Shown here in pieces: positions 1-9,604 of a stretch of DNA of 64,000 nucleotides; position 1 is the stretch's first letter; each line of letters opens with the position of its first letter. The notes beneath the pieces are model-generated. The model did not search any database, had not been told where the DNA came from, and saw nothing but the letters and a program-made list of their open reading frames with translations. Made by a program: the position numbers and the translations under genes. Source of the stretch: Giardia intestinalis (taxonomy: Eukaryota); the NCBI GenBank assembly GCA_000002435.2, contig CM018789.1. One strand, written 5' to 3'.

Positions 1-1408
1 AGGATATGATGGTTATTAGAGCCCCTGTTACAACAGGGCACACGATGAGCTCTTGCAACTGTTCCACAGACCCTTTGTCCAGAAAGAAGATCCTGTACAG
101 GTACTGCCCGATGATGCTGCCCCTAAAGGTACTCATAATGTGTACCAATAATATGAGCACTATGTGCACTGGTAGAACAGGTGGCATTTTCTGTATGAGT
201 GCCTGATTTGCATCCATTGAAACGGAAACAGAGAGCGACTGTCCTCCGTTATAGCTACTGTCCAATATCATGCTGTCACCCATTACACTGCCTTTGCTTG
301 TATCTACAGAGTCTATGCTTCTAGAACTAAGGGCCAATCCTGTTGATTGCAAGGGTAGAGATGGCGCGCCAAGCTGTCCTCCTTGCGGATTAGAGTCTGT
401 ATCTGCTTTTTCATCATTATTGCTGAGACATCCTCTCACGGAAAAGCTGTATATCGGCCAACTAATGTTGTGCTGGGCAACCTTCTCGAAGCGACAATGC
501 TGAAGAGATACTAAGATTACAGGACCAATCACCAGCTCAATAAGGCGCTGAGTAATGATCCTCGACACCTCCATGCATTGCTCCTCGTGTCGCACAGAGC
601 TCAAGTCAAGGAAGAAGTCTAAAATATCTGAGATCTTCTCATGAAGCTCTTTTATCTGAGATCTTTTCGCTGGGTCATGCGGTGGGCAGTATGGTCCGTC
701 GCTCAGATTGGCTAAGTCGACAGACATCACCAATAGCTCGTAGCACATATAAGAGATAAATGGCCCCAGCAACACGCGATTTATCCACTCTAGGAGCTCT
801 GGCAATTGGCCTCTGTGAGTCTGGCTGTGCTGCAGTGAGGCCAGTATTAACCCTTTAACAGCCATCTGCTGGTCCTTCTCACCTGTGGCGTAGCAGTTGG
901 TAATCTTCACTAAAAATGGATATTCGCCGCCAACACTCAGTAAATTAAGCTGCTTAACTGTAATTGACGAGGCTATGAACTTGAGGCTTGCAGTTGCGTA
1001 GCCGCGGATGTCCGGATTTGGCGATGACAGGGCGGAGGTGAGCACGTCCTGCATAGGCTCAGACTGCAAAAGCAAGCTAAGCATGTCCTCCGTTAGATTC
1101 TGAAGGAGATAGGCATAGGACATAACAACCTGTGTCTTTATTTCTAAGAAGTTGTCTGCCTTGCAGTACACCACCTTTAGAAATTCAAGGTTGTCACTTG
1201 TAATGGCACTCTGGACATTTTCAAGCCCTGAGATGCTTCCCCTATGAAGTAACGTCGCAAAGAGCTCTATATTTTCTCTAATATCCGAGCTGTTCTTAGA
1301 TGTAGCTGGGAAGGCGTTACAGATAACAGAACGTACATACATTATGTTCTCCAAGCTATTCTTATCCTTGGGGGCTCGAATACGGCGAGTGGCTACCTCA
1401 GGAAACAT
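1..1408 (-). CDS. hypothetical protein, partial (start ATG at 1408; 3' end lies beyond the left window edge)
   Basis: Not in the ORF track because no stop falls inside the window. Reverse-complement translation from the ATG (complement of 1406-1408) reads MFPEVATRRIRAPKDKNSLENIMYVRSVICNAFPAT... and stays open for >460 codons to position 1. The ATG is directly preceded by a strongly AT-rich initiator (gtcgaaaaaacatattttaatttagagATG). Confidence 0.5.
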   Translation of the reverse strand, partial: MFPEVATRRIRAPKDKNSLENIMYVRSVICNAFPATSKNSSDIRENIELFATLLHRGSISGLENVQSAITSDNLEFLKVVYCKADNFLEIKTQVVMSYAYLLQNLTEDMLSLLLQSEPMQDVLTSALSSPNPDIRGYATASLKFIASSITVKQLNLLSVGGEYPFLVKITNCYATGEKDQQMAVKGLILASLQHSQTHRGQLPELLEWINRVLLGPFISYMCYELLVMSVDLANLSDGPYCPPHDPAKRSQIKELHEKISDILDFFLDLSSVRHEEQCMEVSRIITQRLIELVIGPVILVSLQHCRFEKVAQHNISWPIYSFSVRGCLSNNDEKADTDSNPQGGQLGAPSLPLQSTGLALSSRSIDSVDTSKGSVMGDSMILDSSYNGGQSLSVSVSMDANQALIQKMPPVLPVHIVLILLVHIMSTFRGSIIGQYLYRIFFLDKGSVEQLQELIVCPVVTGALITIIS

Positions 1409-1415
1409 CTCTAAA

Positions 1416-3832
1416 TTAAAATATGTTTTTTCGACATTCTTCAAGAACAGACAAGACCTGAGACCTAACGCTTGGCTTGGGGGCAATGGAGCGTGCAGCC
1501 CAGTAGAAGACGTCCTTCTTTTTTGCAGTTAAAAGCTCTGCTTCATGAGGATAAAGTTTCCTCACTATATCTGAGTGTCCATGGTATGCAGCAAACATGA
1601 GTGCAGACCACCCGCTATCTGTCTGCATCCCTGCCTCCTGCTTAATGAGGAACTTCACCGCTATACTATTTCCTATGGCGGCTCCAATCATCAGCGCTGT
1701 GTAGCCCCCCACTGTCCGCTGTCCTGCCTGTGGTTGTGTCTTGAAGAACAGCGAATAGTTCCGAGTTGCTACTGAGTACATGAGCCGAGTAAAGTTCCAC
1801 TTCTCGTTTCCATAGTCCATGAGCGAAGAAACTATATCTTTTCGACCATATTGCGCAGCAAGAGCTAGTGCGCAAAGTCCGTGCTTCTTTTGCAGCCCAT
1901 GTTCTTTCTCAGCTAACAGCCGTGCGACATCGGCATGCCCATTTTCCACTGCAAACATCAGGGCACTCATTCCATGCTTAGTTTGGAGCCCTGCTTCAAC
2001 ATCTATTAATGCCTCAACTACTTCGACGAACCCTTGGTTTGCTGCTATCATCAATGCTGTTTCTCCGTTGCTTGTGACTAGCCCGCCCTCGTGTGGCAGC
2101 AAAAGCTGCACTACTTCATGTCTTCTGTACTGTGCGGCTAGCATCATGGCTGTTCTTCCTTCCTGATCCTGGAGTCCTGCTTCTTCTAACAGAAGCTTGC
2201 AGACATCTGTATGACCATACCGTGCTGCGATCATAAGTGCTGTTCTCCCCGTGCTTGTTCTGATGCCCCGCTCTATCAGGAGCATCTTAACATTGTCTAT
2301 TTCACCTGTGTATGCCGCGATCATCAGAGCCGTGCTCCCTGTGATCTGGCATTTACTCCGTCTATCTGTAGAATGAAACTCTAGCTGCTGTGTGTATATA
2401 TGCCCAAGAGTATCCAAGTAACCTATAAGGTCGTGTGCATTCCTATTACATACACTCATCATTAGCCTGGTTTGTTTGTCTACACGCTTGTGAAGGGGGG
2501 AAGAGAGGGTGATGGGGAGTTCATCAGCCGCTATTTTATGGCATAGCAGCGATAATATGAGGGTGTTTCCTCTGCGTAATGCCTCTTCAAAAATGCCAGA
2601 GTCTAGAGCGTCAATGTTGTCTAAAACCGTATCAATTTTCGAACATTGCACTGCATGCATAAGTCTTTCCCACGGGCTGCTTACGCAGTCTTTGTCCTCC
2701 AACAGTAACATACATTCATGTCGCCTCATTGTGCGAGCAATATCAAGTGCGCTCTTTCCTGTCTTTGTTCTCAGCCCTGCCTCGAACTCCAACAGCGCTT
2801 CCACACACTCGAAGTGATTGTTCTCCACAGCAAGCATTAGAGCGGTATACCCATCATTATCTTGCATCCGTGCCTCATGAGGAGCCAAAAGCCGAACAAA
2901 CTCTAACTTTCCGGCAGAGGATGCCAACATTAGGGCAGTCCTGCCATCCTCTGTTGTATGCCTCTTTTCTGTGGGCAGATACTTGGCCACTTCGTGCAGA
3001 CAATCCAGCAGGACACACTCCATCAGCGTCGTCCTTCCCTGGGGCATGTCGGGTTCTGAAAGAGTTTCTGAAGAATCTAAATTATGCTTTTCTGTAAATA
3101 GTGACGGAGGAACTATGGATGTGGGTTGACCAAATTGAAGATAAGAAAACACACACTGCAGGGTTTCAGGTGTATAAATAGACGATTCCGCCAGCACGGC
3201 TGCACGGCTGACGTACTCTGAAGTCTCACTGCATTGCAAAGTACATAGCTCAAGAAGAACAAGGCCAAGGCAATGCTTCAGAGATATGACATCTGTTAAA
3301 GGCGCTTCGGTCGCTATGCTCATAGATCTAGTCTCCAATCCCAACAGGAACAGAGGATCCAGTAAGACTGGCCCCTCCAGATTGTAATTAGAGATGATAT
3401 CTGCGGCACCAAACCTTACAGGAAGCTCAGAGAACTCCGCTAGATTGGAAGAGAGGTAGTCAATGGCCTTTTCAATGCTTTCTGCAACTCGAAGAACAAT
3501 TGCTTCACTAATGTGGGTACAAGCGTGCGCCTGGCTATTAAGAAGTACAGCTAGTTGTAGGGGAACGACGTTAAACTCTAAAAGAGCTTCAGAGTCCGAT
3601 AGGACAATTATCTTGTAGGCAAGTATGCTCGGGTGGCATAGTTTCTCGATTGCATGAATAAGTCGAGTGAAAGGTTTGGCAGATCTTCCCTCCAGTCTGG
3701 TAAAGTTTATGTGTCGGACAAAGACCTGCTCGTTGTGTTTTACAGAGAATGCGCGATATGTAACAATATCCCTACCTTCAAATATCACGAGACAGTCTCG
3801 ATAGTGGGTATTGATAAGAGAGTCAGACATTA
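1416..3832 (-). CDS. NEK-like degenerate pseudokinase domain fused to ankyrin repeats (Protein 21.1-type)
   Basis: ORF track 1416..3959 begins at GTG. The first ATG with an AT-rich initiator (ggaaaaaataaatcgaccttaATG) is at 3832 (MSDSLINTHYRD...). The N-terminal ~250 aa have kinase-like remnants (HPSILAYK, FGAAD, ...DVISLKHCLGLVLLEL) but no intact catalytic motifs. The C-terminal half is made of reiterated G(R/E)TALM(I/L)AA ankyrin repeats. Confidence 0.6.
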
Positions 3833-3840
3833 AGGTCGAT

Positions 3841-4491
3841 TTATTTTTTCCTTTCCCCTCCTGAGGACCGGAAACGGAGTGAGTTACGATAGGCCTTGCA
3901 GAAAGAGGAGATAGATCCATGCCATGTCCACGCATAGCATCTTTGTGGTCGGCACACACAGAGCCTTGTCTTGGATCCCTTCAGTCTAACAGACCGGGGA
4001 GTCTGATGAAGCCTTTCTTCTATGCGTGCAAGAACGTGACGCATATCATCTTCAGTCTTGTGAGTGAAAGTTATAACTCGCCGCTGGTCGAAATCTGCGA
4101 CTGCGTCCTCTGCAACCCCCATTATCTCGGCCTCGATGTTTTCTAGGATCTTTTTCGATGAATACCCACGCAAAACCAGTCGATCATACAGTTCCTCAGT
4201 GCCTAGACGCAGAAGAACGACGATGTCAAACCAGCGAATCGGGAAGCGTTCGCAGGAATGGTGGTCCACCAGGATGTTCTTATTCCTCTGGATGAGTACC
4301 TCAAGAGTGTCCAGAAGCCGCTCCTCATCCGGAACTACGGAGTTGAAGACTTCGTCGTAGCTCTCTATTAGTCCAGAGCTGTGGACAAGATCGCTTACAT
4401 TGACATATCTATAATCTGGATGGAGCTCCAAGAAGCGCTTAGCAAGGGTCGTCTTCCCAACCCCAGGGGTTCCTGTGACCAATATCCTCAT
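3841..4491 (-). CDS. AK6: adenylate kinase isoenzyme 6 (AK6 / Fap7 / hCINAP family) with ~50-aa C-terminal extension
   Basis: MRILVTGTPGVGKTTLAKRFLE is a P-loop, followed by YVNVSDLV...YDE, ILVDHHSCERFPIRWFDIVVLLR and LYDRLVLRGYSSKKILENIEAEI. These align residue-for-residue with human AK6 blocks (ILLTGTPGVGKTTLGK / YINVGDLA / [23 protein letters not shown] / [23 protein letters not shown]). The ORF-track start is TTG; the first ATG (MRIL) is at 4491. Confidence 0.8.
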   Translation of the reverse strand: MRILVTGTPGVGKTTLAKRFLELHPDYRYVNVSDLVHSSGLIESYDEVFNSVVPDEERLLDTLEVLIQRNKNILVDHHSCERFPIRWFDIVVLLRLGTEELYDRLVLRGYSSKKILENIEAEIMGVAEDAVADFDQRRVITFTHKTEDDMRHVLARIEERLHQTPRSVRLKGSKTRLCVCRPQRCYAWTWHGSISSFCKAYRNSLRFRSSGGERKK

Positions 4492-4522
4492 CGATGCTGA
4501 TAGTCTGTTTAGTCCCAACGCC

Positions 4523-4705
4523 TCAAAAGTAGCTTTTTCGAAAATGCCTCAACTGATCTCCGCGGACTCCGTCACAAACCTTGTCCAGTGTGCGATTTAC
4601 AGATAAATTGAGCCGGAAGTAAGAACGGAACACAAACCCCTGGCTTAAGAGAAACACGACCACCAAATAGGTAATCACACTTTCAGTCTTGTCACCTATG
4701 TACAT
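4523..4705 (-). CDS. possible small ORF (60 aa) with one hydrophobic segment, inside an unusually long intergenic gap
   Basis: ATG (complement of 4703-4705) with a moderately AT-rich upstream initiator (ccaaatatttacgc...ATG). Product: MYIGDKTESVITYLVVVFLLSQGFVF.... There is no homology support. It is retained only because the 525-bp gap 4492-5016 is atypically long for this genome. Confidence 0.15.
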   Translation of the reverse strand: MYIGDKTESVITYLVVVFLLSQGFVFRSYFRLNLSVNRTLDKVCDGVRGDQLRHFRKSYF

Positions 4706-5016
4706 GTCCGTGCGTAAATATTTGGTAAGGATTGCTTCACAAAACACCAACGCGTATCAAAGACAACGTCCTCGAATTGAATGATGATGCCACCCTGATG
4801 GACATTTTTTCGAGAAAAAACTACAGATGAGATCCAATAAGTATCACATACCAGCAACTATAGACGTGCACTGCAGGATATGCAACTTTTTATACTACCA
4901 GTTTGAAGTCTTCGAAGTGTGGCTTTTCTGCCATGCTTTCAGACCTCTGTAGGCCAATCTACCAATGAAAAGATGCTAACTGTGATTATGAGTCCCAACA
5001 ATATGCAACATAAATA

Positions 5017-5826
5017 CTACCAGATTGCCGTCTCAGTCAGAAATGGTGGGCCTTGGAAACTCCCTGCTCCATCCTCGTCACAAGAGGGTGCAATCATATG
5101 GCAACTAGTGGCCAGTATCGAGAGGGTGTGGAGCCTTGGGAGGAACTCAACGGCCATATCATGGACTTTCTCAACGAGATGAGAAGGAAGGTCATAAAGA
5201 ATCAGTCTCTGCAACGACTGATGAAGGAGTCGGAAGTCTGGAACAGTTGTCAAATAGGTCAGAGGGCCAATTGTAAGACTTACTACCTCGTCAAGTCGCT
5301 CTAAAAGATCTGCAAGCAACTTATTTGTAAATGGCTGAGACTCATTGTAAAGTTCCACAATCTGCTGTGGGTAGTCCATGTTGCCTACTGCCTGTTCGCC
5401 AGGCTTCTTCACGACTTGGAACTGTAGGTTTCGTAGAGCTTGCAGACATAATGTCTCCTCTTTCTTCTGTGTAAAAAGGATGTCCGGTATAGTTGCAAGC
5501 TTGTCGGACAGCTTGGCACTCATAGATCGTCGCTCTAGATAAGATACTGAAGGGTTGGTTGGGGTATGCAGGGCAGCGAGCGCTGAAAGAGACTCATACG
5601 GCTGAATATATTGCTGATACTTTTTTTTCAGCATAGAGGAGGCAGAGGTCGCTGATTTCGACAGTCCAAGTGCTCGAGAAACAGCTGCCCAGGAGAAGTT
5701 GGACGATTGGGTTTTCAGTTGTTGCACCGCGTGACAAAGAGACTCCACGGTCACAGAGACCCCTCCAATGGTCCACTGCACTCCAGGATTTTTCTGAACA
5801 CATAGCTCACATATATTGTTGTCCAT
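5017..5826 (-). CDS. hypothetical protein; N-terminus weakly resembles a single Myb/SANT-like helix-turn-helix
   Basis: 269-aa ORF with an ATG start at 5826 and an AT-rich initiator (ggtagtttttcaaaaggatATG). The N-terminal W...L..AV...NFSWAAVSRALGLSK spacing is Myb/SANT-like, but this is not diagnostic. Confidence 0.45.
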   Translation of the reverse strand: MDNNICELCVQKNPGVQWTIGGVSVTVESLCHAVQQLKTQSSNFSWAAVSRALGLSKSATSASSMLKKKYQQYIQPYESLSALAALHTPTNPSVSYLERRSMSAKLSDKLATIPDILFTQKKEETLCLQALRNLQFQVVKKPGEQAVGNMDYPQQIVELYNESQPFTNKLLADLLERLDEVVSLTIGPLTYLTTVPDFRLLHQSLQRLILYDLPSHLVEKVHDMAVEFLPRLHTLSILATSCHMIAPSCDEDGAGSFQGPPFLTETAIW

Positions 5827-5840
5827 ATCCTTTTGAAAAA

Positions 5841-6709
5841 CTACCGATTGTGTTTACATCTGTTTACAACTCTGCAGAGCCGACTGGGGGTTGCCGCATA
5901 TGCACCGTATGCTTCCCTGAGCATATATGTGTCGAACTCTGCCTCTGCTAGCTGGATGTTGAAGACACTCGTTGTCTTGTCGGTTGAGGTGCAACCATCT
6001 GCTCCCTTCTGCAGTTGACTGCACAGCTGGCACGTCCTTGCCACGTAGATGGCCTGGATGGTCTTCTCCGGCAGCGCTACTTGATAGATGAAGGGGTACT
6101 GCTCCAGCCTCCCGTTGTCTCCGTACCTAATTCTGCCGCGAACCGCCTCCTCGTCGACATGGAGCGCCAGCCTCCCGAAGTCCTCGAACGTCAGCTCTCG
6201 GATGCTGTGCCTTGGGTTGCAGAACGTGCTGCTGTCCGACAACAGCTTCACGGTTATCGCAGAGTATATCTCGGCCAGGCTGTGATACGACTTTACCCAG
6301 AGGTAGCCGAGGCTGCACACCGGCGCGAGGAGGGTGCTACACAGGAAAAGCGTCCCGGTGTCGTATCTGTGCATGATGTTTCCAAGGACCACCCCGTGGA
6401 GCATCATGTTGATGCACTCGTTGAGCGTCTGGAAGGAGAGAGAGGAGTCCTTCTGGCTCTTGTTCGCCATGAGTTCTCTGAAGTACCGCATCTTCTTGTC
6501 CTTGGCAGTCCTGTCGACGTAGAAGGACGCCTGGATGCAGGGCAGGTGGTGGTAGTAGCTGCATGTCACGAGGGCGAAGATGAACTCGCAGAGAAACAGC
6601 CTTACCCCTACAACATGATCCACTTTACCCCCTGATTGTTTCCAGTGTTGTGTTGTTAGGGCACGCCTATAGATGTGGTTCAAAGATTTTACAAATAGAC
6701 TTACTTCAT
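5841..6709 (-). CDS. hypothetical multi-pass membrane protein; candidate two-exon gene (exon 1 6705-6709 ATGAA; intron 6601-6704; exon 2 5841-6600)
   Basis: The minus-strand ORF (track 5841..6683, TTG start) has extreme GC3 bias (~85% G/C at codon position 3) from ~6600 down to the stop. This establishes the coding strand: the overlapping plus-strand ORF 6015..6635 has unbiased third positions. There is no in-frame ATG until 6491, although the GC3-biased, hydrophobic segment (KLFLCEFIFALVTCSYYHH...) begins at 6600. Upstream there is an AT-rich initiator plus ATGAA|GTAAGT...CCTAAC...GTAAG|GCTG. Splicing this way joins ATG in frame exactly where the GC3 bias starts, giving MKLFLCEFIFALVTC.... 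Confidence 0.4.
6601..6704 (-). other. candidate 104-nt spliceosomal intron (5' GTAAGT, internal CCTAACAACACAAC branch-like motif, 3' AG)
   Basis: Minus-strand sequence: GTAAGTCTATTTGTAAAATCTTTGAACCACATCTATAGGCGTGCCCTAACAACACAACACTGGAAACAATCAGGGGGTAAAGTGGATCATGTTGTAGGGGTAAG. Of the four AG dinucleotides downstream of the CTAAC motif, this is the only acceptor that keeps ATGAA in frame with the high-GC3 ORF. The canonical Giardia 3' motif ACTAACACACAG is only approximated, and it lies 54 nt from the proposed acceptor. Confidence 0.35.
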
Positions 6710-7009
6710 TTATAACTGTATTTAGAGATGGAGGTAGCTAGTGGTTATGAATGTAGAGCTTTTCTGACACCTTTGCTTATCAAATCTGGTGCGCTCTCTA
6801 AGAGACTTTTATATTTAACCAATACGCGCGCATCGGTTACCGCTCGACCGTAGCCCTCCTCCTCTTGCCCCCTGCGAGGACGCCGCCACTGGCTAGACGC
6901 GGGCGTCGTTGCTGCCCGGCCTTCTCGTGACCTCCTTCCTTCATGAGGTGTGCTCACCCCTCTCCGTCAGCACCACTCTCTGACGCATACACAGCTTGTC
7001 CATCCGGCC

Positions 7010-8230
7010 CTTGAGAAGAGCCACATCACACGAGGAAGGGCGCCGTTTACTCGAGGAGAGAGGCGATTGCGTCGTGGCCATGCCTCCTTGCGATGTCGAG
7101 GGCGGTGGTGCCGGGCGGGAAGCCGAGCCACTCACGGGTGGTCTGCATGCCTTTCTCCTTGTCCATCAGGAGCCTCGCACACTCCAGGTGACCACCCTGC
7201 GCTGCATGCATGAGCGCTGTCCATCCGTTGTTAGTCTTCATGCCGTCTTCTTTGTCTACTAGAAGCCTCACGCAGTCCGAGCAACCGTTGTCGGCTGCGT
7301 GCATGAGGGCAGTCCACCCACTGTTGGCCCTCATCCCGCCTTCCTTGTCCAGTAGAGCCTCCGCACACTCGCGGCGCCCATACTGTGCTGCATACATTAG
7401 GGCGGTCTTCCCATCATCCGTTTTCATGCCACCCTCCCTCTCCAGGAGGAGCTGCACGGACTCCAGTTTGCCGCGCCGTGCTGCGTACATAAGGGCGGTG
7501 GTGCCGTTGTTCCTCCGTTTGCCGCCTTCCCTCTTCAGCAGGAACTTCACGCATTCCGGGTGGCCCCCGTACGCCGCCCGCATGAGCGCGGTCTCTCCAA
7601 GCTTATTCTGTGTGCTACCTTTCATCTTCAGCAGAACCTTCACGGCTCTCAGGTTTCCATACTCTGCTGCTGACATGATGTCGGTCTCGACGAAGCCGTA
7701 TTTCAGCAACAAAAAAGACGAGAGACTCAGCCCGCTCCTCCCTTGTTGGTGGTAAAACTCTGCGGCTTCATCGATGCTCCTATCAGAAGCAGACCCCTCG
7801 GTGTCCTGAGGGCGACGACTCGCCTCCGAATCCCTGAGCACACCACTCGACATTTTTAACTTCGTCTGCTTGCAGGAAGACACTGCCACGGAAACACACA
7901 CTTTGCTCTCTGCTTCACTGAAAACGGTTTGTCAACTGCTGTCCGAGCATCTCCGTGAGAGCCGCCGCGCTGGGTGGGCCGCCCGCTCACCGTCCGGGGT
8001 CCAAGGTTCAGATCTTGAAGCTCGAACTCGTGCCCTCATACAAGGCCTCCTCCCCTGTGGGTAGGCGGGTCTCACGCTCGTTCACTTCTCCAATCCAGGA
8101 CTCAGAACTCGAAGCTTGAGCGTCGAATGTCATGATGATTTACTCCACCCACCGGTTGCTTCCAGTGGTGTGCTGCTGGGGCCTGCCTGCAGGTATGGTC
8201 CAGAGATCCCACGGGCAAGCTCTTGCTCAG
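7010..8230. repeat. left arm of perfect inverted repeat (palindrome); partner 11142..12352
   Basis: The reverse complement of 11142-12352 matches 7010-8230 base for base. The ORF-track proteins are identical: 7047..7901(-) = 11461..12315(+), 7210..7755(+) = 11607..12152(-), 7870..8064(+) = 11298..11492(-). The outer boundary is sharp, at cttgagaagag (7010) / ctcttctcaag (12352). Confidence 0.85.
7047..7853 (-). CDS. ankyrin-repeat protein (Protein 21.1 family), palindrome copy A
   Basis: ORF track 7047..7901 starts at GTG. The first ATG with an initiator (gaagttaaaaATG) is at 7853 (MSSGVLRDSEAS...). Five or six TALM-type ankyrin repeats (GETALMRAAYGGH, GTTALMYAARRG, GKTALMYAAQYG, GWTALMHAADNG, GWTALMHAAQGG). 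It is identical at the nucleotide level to copy B at 11509..12315. Confidence 0.7.
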   Translation of the reverse strand: MSSGVLRDSEASRRPQDTEGSASDRSIDEAAEFYHQQGRSGLSLSSFLLLKYGFVETDIMSAAEYGNLRAVKVLLKMKGSTQNKLGETALMRAAYGGHPECVKFLLKREGGKRRNNGTTALMYAARRGKLESVQLLLEREGGMKTDDGKTALMYAAQYGRRECAEALLDKEGGMRANSGWTALMHAADNGCSDCVRLLVDKEDGMKTNNGWTALMHAAQGGHLECARLLMDKEKGMQTTREWLGFPPGTTALDIARRHGHDAIASLLE

Positions 8231-8658
8231 TCCCTGACTAGTCCGGAGACGAGGGTTGGTCGTGTATCAATATAAGGACCACAGTGGTAGTAGGAGGAGC
8301 TATTGCGTTCCTCAGCTGTTCTACGGGCGTGTGCTCGGTCTAGGTGTGCACATAGGTCCTTTTGGAGATCAAGCCATCTCATGGACTCACTGGTCTACTA
8401 GGGTGCCTCTCCTTGCTCTCCCCTCACGGTGAGTGAAGCTCTGGTCTTTGTTGTCATTCTCAATACTGTCCATGTAGATCAGCAGCAGCTAGCGGGGCTT
8501 TCTCTTCTGGTTGGGATTCAACTCGGTTGTGTGTCCAGTCTTTGCACCTTCTCGGTCGTTGTCGACAGGTCCCAGGGGTGGATTCATTCAGCTGTCAGAA
8601 GTAGGATGACAGGAGACGGTCGCTCTGGGTGACCAGGCTTTCGGCCCGGCCCGTCTGA

Positions 8659-9474
8659 TCAGCTTCGTCGGGTGCTCGTTCGCCTCTGCAGCCATGTGGG
8701 CGATGGCGAAGGCAGCCCGGACAGAGAGCTTCTCAACGTCCACGTGGAGCTCCTCGAGGTGCCCCTTGGACTGGGGTGGAGGGATCCGTCTGTCCCGTAG
8801 ATGATCGGGAGCGTCCCGTCCCTGTACTTCTTGACCTTCTCGTTGTAGTAGGCATCCATCTGGCGGAGCTGGATGACACCCACATCTATCGCCTTGCACT
8901 TGTCGACAAGCCAGATGTCGGGCTTCTGGTTCTGGTCGCTGAGGTGGCTGTGGGTCTCGACTTCCAGTTCCGGTTGAGCTTCCCCGAGACGCGGAGGCAC
9001 AGGCACGCGACGATCATGTCGTGCCTCGTGGTCGAGGGTCCACGCCGTGTGGCAGCCCGGGCAGGTGCCTCTTGTCTGCGCCATGATCGAGCCGCCCTTC
9101 TCCTTCAGGGCCCTTTCCTCCTCGGTCAGCACGCCGCCGCTCTGTCCGGAAGCTGGTGTGCGCGTGAGGAGGCGGTTGAAGTAGGCCCCTTCCCCTGCAG
9201 TGCCTGGCCGTTCACCGGCAGCTCCACCGGGTCTCTGGTCCCCTTGTTGACGTCCAGGGAGGCCCATACCCTCCGCAGCTCGTCGTGGTAGGATCCAGGC
9301 ATGAGCAGGCCCAGGCCGCCCTTCTCCTTCGGGTACGCCAGGAAGTCGACCAGGCGATCGCAGCTTCTGTTGGTTAGTGCTGAAGCCTTGTGCGACGCGT
9401 CTGTTGAGCTCCTCGTAGTCCGCCTTGTCCGATGTTACTTCGACCAGGGGGGCGTAGCTCACCATCGGGACCAC
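8659..9474 (-). pseudogene. CCHC zinc-finger / REL-endonuclease-like C-terminal fragment of retroelement ORF
   Basis: CPGCHTAWTLDHEARHD, then KPDIWLVDKCKAIDVG and LPIIYGTDGS. The position 3' of the RT fragments is as in R2/GilM-type elements. Confidence 0.4.
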
Positions 9475-9604
9475 GCAGTGACATCAGGATGAGCTTCTGG
9501 TGGGTGGTTATGGGGGCGTTCTCAATCTTCCTCAGGGCAGTCACAGCACCTGCGATGACCTTTGGAGCTTGCAGGAGTGGGGGACGCCGGGTGGTTGAGG
9601 AAGG

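Noticed and set aside
4771-4810. Possible box C/D snoRNA (aATGATGAtgccaccCTGAtgg)
   Set aside because: The C-like and D-like boxes are only ~8 nt apart. This is far too short for a guide region, and there are no terminal-stem or second box pairs.
6015-6635. Plus-strand 206-aa ORF (R/L/V/A-rich) overlapping the 5841-6683 gene
   Set aside because: Its first codon positions are ~85% G/C, which is the third-position bias of the opposite strand. Its own third positions are unbiased. The ORF-track start is TTG. It is an antisense artefact of a high-GC3 gene.
5841-6683. Assignment of this membrane protein to the ELO fatty-acid elongase or TLC/Lag1 ceramide-synthase families on the basis of a YYHH box
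   Set aside because: Only a single His pair is present. The sequence after it is hydrophilic (DRTAKDKKMRYFRELMANK), whereas both ELO and Lag1 have a TM helix there. The other signature boxes (KxxExxDT, HxxMYxYY, TxxQxxQ) are not found in order.
7870-8064. 64-aa ORF present in both palindrome arms (also 11298..11492) and the 181-aa ORFs 7210..7755 / 11607..12152
   Set aside because: They are antisense or out of phase to the 21.1 genes, Arg/Ser/Pro-rich with no initiator context. Their duplication only reflects the inverted repeat.
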